Origin: Antedon mediterranea
Taxonomy: Eukaryota; Animalia; Echinodermata
Direction: 5' to 3'
Length of the DNA: 64,000 nt
Assembly (NCBI RefSeq): GCF_964355755.1
Contig: NC_092670.1
Location: 2,408,201-2,472,200 of the forward strand
In this document: piece by piece, positions 14,413 through 26,013 of the stretch
How the letters are laid out: every line of letters begins with the position of its first letter
Numbering within the stretch: the first letter of the stretch is position 1
Program-made: the position numbers and the translations under genes
The notes under the pieces: model-generated
Seen by the model: the letters and a program-made list of their open reading frames with translations, nothing else
What the model was told of the DNA's origin: nothing
The model's database searches: none

Positions 14413-15392
14413 ATAACCCATTTGTATGTGAGATGCAATAGTGGCATTATAGATTGACATGATAACCCATTTGTATGTGAGATGCAATAGTGACATTATA
14501 GATTGACATGATAACCCATTTGTATGTGAGATGCAATAGTGACATTATAGATTGACATGATAACCCATTTGTATGTGAGATGCAATAGTGACATTATAGA
14601 TTGACATGATAACCCATTTGTATGTGAGATGCAATAGTGACATTATAGATTGACATGATAACCCATTTGTATGTGAGATGCAATAGTGACATTATAGATT
14701 GACATGATAACCCATTTGTATGTGAGATGCAATAGTGACATTATAGATTGACATGATAACCCATTGTATGTGAGATGCAATAGTGACATTATAGATTGAC
14801 ATGATAACCCATTTGTATGTGAGATTCAATAGTGACATTAGAGATTGACATGATAACCCATTTGTATGTGAGATGCAATAGTGACATTATAGATTGACAT
14901 GATAACCCATTTGTATGTGAGATGCAATAGTGACATTAGAGATTGACATGATAACCCATTTGTATGTGAGATGCAATAGTGACATTAGAGATTGACATGA
15001 TAACCCATTTGTATGTGAGATGCAATAGTGACATTAGAGATTGACATGGTATCCCATTTGTATGAGAGATGCAGAGTGAGATTAGAGATTGACATGATAA
15101 CCCATTTGTATGAGAGATGCAGAGTGAGATTAGAGATTGACATGATAACCCATTTGTATGAGAGATGCAGAGTGAGATTAGAGATTGACATGATAACCCA
15201 TTTGTATGTGAGATACAATAGTGACATTAGAGATTGACATGATAACCCATTTGTATGAGAGATGCAGAGTGAGATTAGAGATTGACATGATAACCCATTT
15301 GTATGTGAGATGCAATAGTGACATTTGAGATTGACATGATAACCCATTTGTATGTGAGATGCAGAGTGACATTATAGATTGACATGGTATCC
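14413..15392. repeat. Minisatellite, 49-bp unit, about 20 copies
   Basis: gataacccatttgtatgtgagatgcaatagtgacattatagattgacat; a 48-bp variant appears in the distal copies. Confidence 0.95.
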
Positions 15393-16679
15393 TACAATTC
15401 AAGGATCTACATAAAAGAGTTTAATATATAAAAGAGATTTATAAAATAGGCTAATTTAAATTCTTAATTTAATCACTTAATTATTAACTATTTTAAATGA
15501 TATAGTGTTTGTTTGTTCAAATCATTGTTTAAATCAATTTTGTGGGTTTTTATGTTTACTTTATGGTTTGTAATATTATGTTTCTTTATCAGATGTATGC
15601 GACGTTATTACACAGAGAGAAAATAAAGGCAGGAAATAATTGAGCATAATAAACCACCAATAGCTGATTAAGGAAATATCCAGCTTCCTCTATCTATTTT
15701 ATTTTGAAGAGTGAAAAAAGAAAAGAATAAAAAAGCTAACAGAAAGAGTTTGGGGGTGGGATTTGATAGGCGAGACGGGGTTCTCTAGCCCACTAAGAGT
15801 CAAAAAAACTTTAGTAATACACAGGGGTAAAGTATAGTGGGAGGAATTGAGGTCACCCTTACAAGATTAAAAATGATTATTGTATGAAAATTCTTTTAAA
15901 CGGCATCAATCTGTGTTCAGTCAGCCAGCCCCAAACGTGATTGGGGCTGAGATGGATGTAGGTTTTAAAAAAAACATTGTACACAAAACGTTCTAGTGTC
16001 TGATGGCAATTTCCGGGCATCTAGCTATTTATTCAAATTTACACACTTTTTAGCACTGATAGACCAGGGTTCTGCCTTTTTTTTTTTGCTGTTAATTAGG
16101 TCAATGCGTCTAGATATGCAAATTTTCTGTATGTGTAAAGCTAGCTTCTGTGTGCACAATTATCATTGTACGTGCAATGGTTTAAGAGTGTGCATGTAAC
16201 AGTTTGTCTTTAGTGTCAGGAGAGTGAATGTGTCAATGATTAGTAGATTAATTGCAACAAATGCTATTTATACACCTTCTGCCTTCATCAAGTATTTACG
16301 TAAAGTTATTTTCAACAGCGCCACCAATGATTTGTAATATATAGTAACTTTGTGATGTATCTTCTAGTTATGTTCCCTTTCAATGTTTGTTTATTTGTAT
16401 TTTACATCCTTCTATTCATAGATAAATAAATGTCATTAATCTCATAAATAGGCATAAAGTTGATGAGCAAAACAAGAATTTAAGCATCTGTTAAATTATG
16501 AAATATATTGAGGTAAAGATAAGACTTAATGAAGTAAAAACATCACTGTTAAATACACATTATTTCGACCAATCGTTATCAATATTGTTATAAGTCATCA
16601 TTATGTGTGACTTTTCTTGTGATAGCAAGTGGCCTCAATATTTGAATAATATATCTTGTAAATGTACAATCGATATAAT

Positions 16680-17772
16680 GGGTGTCACGAAAGCTCAGAC
16701 CACGAAAGCTCAGACCCCCTAAGACCTAAGTAAGATCACGAAAGCTAAGACCCAACACCTAAGATTACAAATATTTATCTTTCGCACCTGCCTTGTATTT
16801 TAACTCCCAACATTTATTCTGAATACCACACCTTAGAATTGGCACTTTCATGAAAAAGAATCACATAAAAAGTAACAAATACATTTTTAAATTGATGATT
16901 TTACAGACGTTTTTCTCGCACACAAAATGACTAGCCTACAGTACAGTAGGCCTACCCCATGGATGGGCCATGTTCAATGTTTTTGTTTCTATGGAACGTC
17001 AAAAGAGCAAAAATTATATAGAGGGCTGAAAACTATGTGGAGTCCATCTACAGTGTGGATGGAACAATGTAAAATTAAAATTGTAATGATAATAGTATAA
17101 TCATGCAAGTACGAAGAAATAAATACTGGCAAATAAATTTTAATTTAAAAATCATGATAAGTTTTTTTGTTTCGTTTTCTTTCTGTTTTTATACTTGTAC
17201 TATTATTGTTGCTCTTTTGGCGCTCCATAGAAACAAAAACATTGAGCATGGGGAGCTCGAGGAGTTACATTGTCATTACAGTATACAAAGAAACACATCT
17301 GTAAAATCATCAATTTAAAGGATTTATTTATTTGTTATTATGTGTTTCTCCTTCTGAAAGTACTTATAAGTCCTAATTTTAAAGTGTGGTGTTCAGGATA
17401 AAGTTAGTCAACAAATTTGGAGTCAAAATACAAGAAAGGCAGGTGCGTAAGAAAAACATCCTCTGAAGCAACACAATGGAGTAAATATATACCAACAAAC
17501 AACCCGTCAAGTTTGTTTGTTGTAAAGAAAAAATATACATTTACTCAACGGGCGAAAATAATGTGAGTTTATCTATGTTTTGCGGTAGTATTAAATTATA
17601 TTTATGGTAATAAATGAAACCTACTGTGTTTAAAATTATGTATGGATAAACAAGTATTGTTTTTAAGCTGTAGTATATCTTAGTATTTGTAATCTTGGTG
17701 TTGGGTCTTAGCTTTCGTGATCTTAGGTCTTAGGGGGTCTGAGCTTTCGTGGTCTGAGGTTTCGTGACACCC
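16680..17772. mobile_element. MULE/Mutator-type MITE with a nested foldback element (about 16780-17450)
   Basis: About 90-bp TIR gggtgtcacgaaa…tttcgtgacaccc; 10-bp TSD tcgatataat. Confidence 0.88.
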
Positions 17773-17894
17773 TCGATATAATATATATATACAATCGGTG
17801 TAGTTTTCTCATCTCATCTAAACACCACAGGAATGTTCTTCAGAAATGTTTTTACAACCGTTTCGTAATAAAGCTAATATATAAAGCACAGTAA

Positions 17895-18718
17895 GGGCCT
17901 GTTTCTGCTGCAACTGCTCAAAATACGGTATAAAAATACGGTATAAAATACGGTATTTTTTATACCGTATTTTTTAGTACCCCGTTTCTGCTAACAATAC
18001 TTCTTGGGTGGTCGTGTTAAATTTCATCTTCTTTACCCAAATTGCCATTCATTTATTTGATCGATAATTAAAAGTCGCAATAAAGGAAGTTTTACGTCTC
18101 ACTTTCAACAGCCTAGCCCTAGTGATAGAGATGTTGTGAGAGCACAGAAAACATCGTAATGGGGACAATTAATTCGTTCCCTCCCCGAGTTATTGTATTT
18201 TGCAATATTGTACTGCTTTCGCAGGCTCTTCAGCTTTGAGTTTACTTGGTTTGGAGACAAGTCTATTCCATACTCCTGCTTTATTTTTTTAGAAATGTCT
18301 TTATAAACGTGGTTGTCCCTTTTTATTACCTTTTAGTTGGCCAGACATTTTAGCTTCCCCACACAAATTTATTTAGTAAAACTGTGACGTCTTCGCTCCA
18401 CATTTTTGCCGAATATATATATACACGTGTGTAAAAGAGCTGACAGCGACAGAAAATAAAAACACGAATGTTGACCTTTTGTCATGTAAAAAAAAAAAAC
18501 GGTATTTTTTATTGGCAACAGAAACGGGTACAAAAAATACGGTATAAATTTGTAAATACCGTATTTTATCCACAAATTTTGTGGGGAAAATACGGTATAC
18601 AAAATACGGTATATTTTTTATGAGCGCAGTTTCTGCTGCCAAAAATATACCGTATATATACGGTATTCAAAAAATACCGTATAATATACGGTATTTAGTT
18701 GGCAGCAGAAACAGGGCC
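17895..18718. mobile_element. Probable PIF/Harbinger non-autonomous element
   Basis: TIR gg(g/c)cctgtttctgctgc; flanks taa/tca; many aaatacggta subterminal repeats; flanking DNA resembles the uninterrupted repeat at about 27790-27860. Confidence 0.7.
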
Positions 18719-19422
18719 TCAGTATCAAAATTGTATTTTGGTTGTCAAAAGTCAATATGAATTTTTCAGATGGCCGCTTACGGGAGGTAATTTACCATAC
18801 AAAAAAAATCTTATTTTTAGTAAAAGTAAGTGGCCGTGGCCGTTTATGGAGGTTCAACTGTATTTAATTAATAATTAATTTTTTATAACTGTAAAACTAT
18901 CAATTAATTTCTTGGCTTCCATATTCTCCATACAATTATTGTGTTTTTGTTATATAATGATATGTCATACCATGATAAAACGTAAGCGAAATGTATTCAC
19001 AATACATAATTTTTTTCACTTTTATTTACAAAAATATATATATATATATACATGTTTTCTCACAAAATAATCACATACCAATGGTTGAACCAATTCTCCA
19101 AAAATGGTGGGGCATTATATTTCATCATGACTCTCTTTATAAAAAAAAAACAGAGCCAACTTCCCTTATAAATAACTTTATACAAATAAGTGGACAGATC
19201 CCGCCATAAGATAATTCATTACTGAAGTTGATCCAGCATATTCACGAAACCACCAAAATTATCCTATTTCAATGGTTAAGCAGATTTAGCTCCTATTATG
19301 GAATGTCCAATGTGAATGGTTTATCAAAATCCTATAAAATCCTCCGAGTGCTATGCCTACTATTATTATTGTTGTAAATCAAGAAAGTCTAAAATAAATT
19401 ACTTATGTCTTGCAGAAGGATT

Positions 19423-19871
19423 AGAACATAAGATAAGGTCTAACTTGGGTCACTGAGGTCGGACCCCTACATTTAACACATTCAGACTAGGTGGGTACTA
19501 ACATAAGATAAGATCTAACTTTGGTCACTGAGGTAGGACCCCTACATTTAACACATTCAGACTAGGTGGCTACTAGAACATAAGATATGATCTAACTTGG
19601 GTCACTGAGGTGGGACCCCTACATTTAACACATTCAGACTAGGTGGGTACTAGAACATAAGATAAGGTCTAACTTAGGTCAATGAGGTCAGACCCCTACA
19701 TTTAACACATTCAGACTAGGTGGGTACTAGAACATAAAATAAGATCTAACTTGGGTCACTGAGGTGGGACCCCTACATTTAACACATTCAGACTAGGTGG
19801 GTACTAGAACATAAGATAAGATCTAACTTGGGTCACTGAGGTCAGACCCCTACATTTAACACATTCAGACT
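19423..19871. repeat. Minisatellite, 77-bp unit, about 6 copies
   Basis: agaacataagataag…actgagg…acccctacatttaacacattcagactaggtgggtact. Confidence 0.92.
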
Positions 19872-19944
19872 GGTGATGATACTATAGCATCCTACGGACC
19901 CTAACACACATATTTCTATCCTAGTGTGACACGAGGATAACATA

Positions 19945-20615
19945 TCTCAACGTATCGGTTTATATTCTAGTTAATCTTTTTCTACGGCTTGAAACGTTTA
20001 TTTTCTATTTTAGGGAACACCCTAAAATAACGGCTTGAAACATATGTTATTTTCTATTTTAGGAAACACTCTAAAATATCGATTTTCAACGAATCACTGA
20101 TAACAAAGCCTGTACTAATTCACATATTTCACTAGCGTGATAACAGATTACGAAACTTAGCTTCGTTATCTTTGTTTCTTAGTAGTTCCATTGATGAATT
20201 CTAAGAACGTATTGTTTCTATTCTAGTTAGTCTTTTTCTAGCCTAGAATAACGACTTGAAACGTATCTACTAATTTCTATTTTAGGGAACACCCTAGAAT
20301 AACGGTTTAAAACGTATCTTTTATTTTCTATTTTAGGGAATACCCTAAAATATCGATTTTCAACGAATCACTGATAGCAAAGCCTGTACTAATTCACGTA
20401 GTGATAAATAGAGTACGACACTTAGCGTTGTTATCTTTGCTTCTTAGTAGTTCAACTCAGGAATTCTAAGAACATATCGGTTTTTATTCTAGTTAGTCTT
20501 TTTGTAGCCTAGAATAACGGCTTGAAACGTATCTCTTAATTTCTATTTTAGGGAACACCCTAAAATATCGATTTTCAACAAATCACTGATAGCAAAGCCT
20601 GCGCTAATTCACTAA
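19945..20615. repeat. Imperfect tandem repeats (about 3 composite units)
   Basis: ccctaaaatatcgattttcaacgaatcactgata-type block at about 20070, 20343 and 20558; cggcttgaaacgt repeats. Confidence 0.7.
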
Positions 20616-21005
20616 CAATTCTACTTCAGCAAATATACAATTATTCTCTCATAAATGAATCTACTGGTAATATATCTGTATTTGTTCCAAAGCAACATCA
20701 TATTATCATTTAGTTGTTTGTATACCCATTTCTTATAATCTAAGCTTTTTCTTTAACCTCCCTTAAAAGTGCCTCAAATCTAAATATCATCATTTATCAT
20801 TTATATAATATTTTCTTACTGTTATCGCATTACTTTAGTTGTTACATCCAATGAATTTCTTTGCATACCCTTGATAAAAAAATACCTTTGCATGATTGAA
20901 GTTTAATATTAATTTTATGGTTGATTTTTTTCCTTTGTTTTGTATGTTATTGTTATATGATGATATAAGTAGTTCTTTGATAGTAAACCAATAAAACTTA
21001 CGTTG

Positions 21006-21049
21006 GCAAGACAGTTTCGTCTAGCTGTCAGCTTGACTTCTTCAGTTGC
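21006..21049 (-). ncRNA. Minimal type-I hammerhead ribozyme in the Penelope terminal repeat
   Basis: gcaa-CTGAAGA-a-gtc[aagctgacagcta]gac-GAAAC-t-GTC-ttgc: conserved core, stem I gcaa/ttgc, GUC cleavage triplet. Confidence 0.72.
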
Positions 21050-22154
21050 TACGATGCGTTATGACGCCGACTGGTCTCCTTTCCAGCCACTAGATGTTTT
21101 GGTTGTGTAGCCTAGGGGATCAGTCGTCGTCAGAAGCTGATCGTAAATGTGAGATAGCTGGTGCGCGCCTTCGTCTCTATTCATCTTTGTATTTTTATTT
21201 TGCTTTCTTATGCTGATGCTTTCTTTAATTTTACGTTTAAGCCAAACTTGTTCTTTGTGTAGTACCTCTATCTTATCCCAGTTAGGTATGTGGTTGTGTG
21301 TGGTCATATGGTCCGTGATTGCTGATTTGTGTAAAATGGAGGACGAAACTTTCCGTGATGCACGCGTCTGTACTGTATGTTCTGTGTGTTTTCCTCAACA
21401 TCTTTCTTGTTGTGTTCTTTAATTCTGATTTTGAGTGCCCTACCCGTTTCCCCAATGTACACCATCTCACAGTTGGTGCAACCCACTTTGTATACAACAC
21501 CACAGGAATCCTCTTTGCATGCTTTATCTTTAGGTCGAACGATTAAGTTTTTTATTTTGTTAGATGGTTTAAAGTATGTTCGTATGTTATATTTTTTAAA
21601 TGTTCTCTTGATTTTCTCTGACAGGCCTTGAATATATGGGATGGATATCGACCCTCTTATGTCTTCTGTTTCGGGTTGTGTGTCCGTTTTTTGTTTATCT
21701 AAGTTACGTTGTACCTTTCTAATCGTCCATGTAGGGTAGTTACATGGACGGTTAGAAAGGTACAATGTAACTTAGATAAACAAAAAACGGACACACAACC
21801 CGAAACAGAAGACATAAGAGGGTCGATATCCATCCCATATATTCAAGGCCTGTCAGAGAAAATCAAGAGAACATTAAAAAAATATAACATACGAACATAC
21901 TTTAAACCATCTAACAAAATAAAAAACTTAATCGTTCGACCGAAAGATAAAGCATGTAAAGAGGATTCCTGTGGTGTTGTATACAAAGTGGGTTGCACCA
22001 ACTGTGAGGTGGTGTACATTGGGGAAACGGGTAGGGCACTCAAAACCAGAATTAAAGAACACAAGAAAGATGTTGAGGAAAACACACAGAACATACAGAC
22101 GCGTGCATCACGGAAAGTTTCGTCCTCCATTTTACACAAATCAGCGATCACGAA

Positions 22155-23072
22155 CTGTCACGCCAAAATCAGTCCGGGCCAAAATCGGTCCGGCGGACCA
22201 GTTTTGGCTGCCAAAATCAGTCCGGGGGACCATTTATGGCTGCCAAAACCTGTCCGGCCGGACCAATTTTGGCCGCCAAAACTGGTCCGGCCTGGATAAA
22301 ATTGGTCCGGGCAGTAGGACTGTTTTTGGCCGCCAAATATGGTCCGGTCTTACAAATATATGGTGCGCAATATGAGTCATAATGTATATATCATTAAAAA
22401 AAAAAGGCCATGATTAGTCATTATATTGAAAACTATGGGGTTTTATTTGTTATTTTAATATTATAAATTAAGCCTGTTTTTTTATTATCATTATTAGTAG
22501 TAACTCATCAATAATAAGTACTAATTGTTAGGCTTTTTGTATACAATATGTATCTCTGCCTGTTTTTAATCCATTTTGTTCTTTTTTAACATCTTCGTTT
22601 CCCCATGATGTTAAAAACAATTTAATTTATTAATTATTTATGGTTAATCAATCAATATATCAATTCAATACAATTATTAGAAAAAAATTATCCAATATTG
22701 ATTAGGCTGAGGAAAAGGAAAAAGGCCTCAATCATAAATCAAATCTAGCTGGCAATATCAGCGTCTCATACCCGTTCATGTGAGTGTGTGGCAGGCCGAA
22801 ATATGAGTGAACACCTAAGTCATGTTTTTAGATAAAATACATTTATTTATAGTATTTATCCGACAAGATAACTTACTAATATATATCATGGGATATTTTT
22901 ATAGCCATAAACAATTTAAAACAGCATCATAGGCCTAGTAATTCAATTAAAATCGACAGAAGAAAAGCCCGGACCGATTTTGGCAGTGGCGGACTGCTTT
23001 TGGCCACAATTTTAGAGCCAAAACTGGTCCGGCCGGACCGATTTTGGCCCCGGACCATATTTATCGTGACAG
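22155..23072. mobile_element. Non-autonomous TIR element (MITE) inserted in the right Penelope arm
   Basis: TIR ctgtcacg…cgtgacag; subterminal ggtccgg/ccaaaa repeats; absent from the left arm (ATCACG^GACCATATG). Confidence 0.85.
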
Positions 23073-23351
23073 GACCATATGACCACACACAACCACATAG
23101 GCCTACCTAACTGGGATAAGATAGAGGTACTACACAAAGAACAAGTTTGGCTTAAACGTAAAATTAAAGAAAGCATGAGCATAAGAAAGCAAAATAAAAA
23201 TACAAAGATGAATAGAGACGAAGGCGCGCACCAACTATCTCACATTTTACGATCAGCTTCTGACGACGACTGATCCCCAGGCTACACGGGCTACACAACC
23301 AAAACATCTAGTGGCTGGAAAGGAGACCAGTCGGCGTCATAACGCATCATA

Positions 23352-23399
23352 GCAACTGAAGAAGTCAAGCTGCCTGACAGCTAGACGAAACTGTCTTGC
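23352..23399 (+). ncRNA. Minimal type-I hammerhead ribozyme, second arm
   Basis: Same core as 21006-21049 with a 4-nt insertion in loop II. Confidence 0.7.
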
Positions 23400-25814
23400 C
23401 AACGTAAGTTTTATTGGTTTACTATCAAAGAACTACTTATATCATTATATGAATCGAAACCAGAAGAAATGTTTTCATTATTGTTATATGGATTTACTAT
23501 CCAAAATAAAAAGAAATGAATCAATGAATTCTGTTTTGAAATAATGTAGGCCTATTAATGTATTATCATTATTTGGGGACGTCAATTTTCACTCTCTGCA
23601 GCTCAGACAGCTGATGGTCTGTTTTGTGGCTGAGGAGATTTTTTTTTCTTCCTCAGTTCATAGATGAATTTAGCTAGAGCTATGGCCACTCCTCCGATAC
23701 TTAAATATCGTACAAGTCCCTCATATTTGATCATCAAGATTATCAAGACTACTCCTAAAATACAACAAATTGCCAACCAAACATTCTCTGAAAAAAAAAA
23801 TGTTTTAAGATTTAAATGTTGTTGTCTGATTTGTTGGTGGTTGTTGAAACTTAAAATAAAAACATTTCTATAATTTCATATTTTTAAGGACTGCAAACAA
23901 TTGTCACAATCATATAGTTAAAAGGAGAAATAAATATAATTCCTAAAAATCACATTTAGCCTTTAAATTGAAATATAATATATGTAATAGTAAATAGTAC
24001 TGTATATATGTGTAATATATATATTCTACAAGTTTATGAGACAAACAAAATGAAAAGGTTAAATACCTTTGGTAAATATCGGCTTGCATTCTTTTGGGCT
24101 AGAAATAAAGATTTAAATAGAAGTATATAATAATTATATAATAATTAATGCATCAATTATTAATATTTATATTAAGTTTCTTGCTAGCACATTTACTGAA
24201 TCAAATAAAGTTTGATCAAAATTAGAATGTTTAGCAATTATTACATGTTGTTATGAGAATTAAAAAGTAATCTTTTGTATTGACCAATCATATTGGTATA
24301 TAAATAGTTTAAACAAAAATTAAACTTAATAAAGTAATAATTTAGTACAGTAGTACTTTTAAATGAAGCAATCAATTTTTTTTTTCTATAGGCAAATTGC
24401 CAAGGATAATCACATTAAAATTAACTCACTGAGTAAAATGAAATAAAGTTTTGGTGTTGTCCTAACTCTATGGTTAGGATGTGTAGTAACTGTATCAATT
24501 AACAGTGTGGGTGTGGTTGCTCATAAACACTTACCTGTTAGGATGTGTAGTAACTGTATCAATTAACGGTGTGGTTAAATCAGGTATTGAGGTTGGTTCA
24601 TTTGGTGTAGCTGGAGTAACATCAGGCGCCATGTCAGTATCAGAAGCAACTACAGTATATTAATTTAAATAATAATAATTATAATAATGTCTTACCATAG
24701 CTAAGTACTTTGATAATTAATGATAGCTTGTTTGTGAATGTTATATACATACAATTATAATCCAAAAAAACTCATGAATAATCGGTTCCACTAGGAAACT
24801 TTATTAGATTTTATCTTTATATCAGAATTAAGTTCAACTTGTTTATGTTTAGCTGTAGATGTAGGATGTTTCTTTTGTTAAATTATCATTGTTGGACTTT
24901 TTGTTTTGTCACAAGATCACTGATCTGGGCTACCCTCTTAAAAAAGACAAACAAACAAATAAAAATTATCTTGACAGTGAGGTATTAAAAAATAGAGAAT
25001 TGACGGTTCAGGTTTAATTTTTGATTATCTACATGTAAAGAGAGTGGTTTATACAGTAGTTAGTTTATCATATAAATAGCATTAAAATTGTTTTCCCAGA
25101 TCATTCAGACTTATCTCAAGGGTGATTTCTTCTCAAACTATATAATTTTAAGTGGATTGCCATTTTATTTTTATACTTTATTTATTGTGTTCTGAAGTAT
25201 AAACTTAGGACATTTAAGCACTATAATTATTGATATTCAAAACAAAAAGCAAGTCCTAATAAAACTGGTAGAAAACATAGTATAATTATTGTTACATCCC
25301 CAAATCTTTATTATCAATTATCCCCATCGCTTTTATTAACAATATTGATGTTTTCACACAAATCTTTTTAACAACTCCCTTCCTCCTCCACTGAGCATGC
25401 ATTAGTATCTATTTCAAGTCAATAGTTTAAGTTAAAATTTATATATCCACAATTGTGCTTCCCTGGAGCCGTGATGTTTAAAATAACATGAAATCCCTAT
25501 AAAACACTAATTTCAGCCTGTGAGGTATTATCAGCTATAAAAATAAATAGATAATAAATATGATAACTACAGGTAGGCTACTGCAGTTAAACAGTAATTA
25601 GCTGATTAAAGTACATTGTTTAACATTTAAAGTGTACTACCAATTTCTTTATCTGAAGGGCTTCCTCATTATTACAATTTGAATCTCAATTTGAATGTCT
25701 ACATTTCAACCCAAAGTCAAACCCAAAATGCATTTGCAGCTAAATTATATATTATTTTTTTCACATCTTGTTACTGTTAGAAACGATTAATACAAAACCA
25801 ACAAATATGTTTAC

Positions 25815-26013
25815 CTTTTGTTTGTTCATCTTCTCCAAACAATTTACGGTAAAGTGTCACATCCATTTTCTTTCTTCCACAAGGTAAATCTTTGTCAAAC
25901 TTGCTAATAGGATGCATATGATCATTTTGACAAGGAATGCACATCCTTACTTTAAGACCCCGTGCTCCACTCTGACTGAACACTTTTAATTCTGTTTGAA
26001 GGAAACTAAGCAC
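25815..26013 (-). CDS. COR C-terminal Cys/His exon
   Basis: VLSFLQTELKVFSQSGARGLKVRMCIPCQNDHMH...LPCGRK; ttttag acceptor, G|gtaaac donor. Confidence 0.75.

Larger units (their letters stand above)
20960..23477. mobile_element. Palindromic (inverted, 5'-truncated) Penelope-like retroelement with GIY-YIG endonuclease
   Basis: Left arm on minus and right arm on plus both encode ISIPYIQGLSEKI...GVVYKVGCTNCE-VYIGETGR...RIKEH...KRKIKES...MNRDEG. Axis loop 21734-21740. Direct repeat ttattgttatatg at 20947-20959 and 23478-23490. Confidence 0.9.

Noticed and set aside
14413-15392. Regular repeat array resembling CRISPR, and ORFs 14985-15402
   Set aside because: Units are contiguous with no unique spacers and there are no cas genes. 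It is a eukaryotic minisatellite and the ORFs are repeat artefacts.
19423-19871. 77-bp array as CRISPR or a structured RNA array
   Set aside because: No spacers and no recognisable ribozyme or tRNA motif.
20960-23477. Palindrome as a long-read fold-back assembly artefact
   Set aside because: The arms differ by substitutions and indels, only one contains the MITE, and a TSD flanks the unit.
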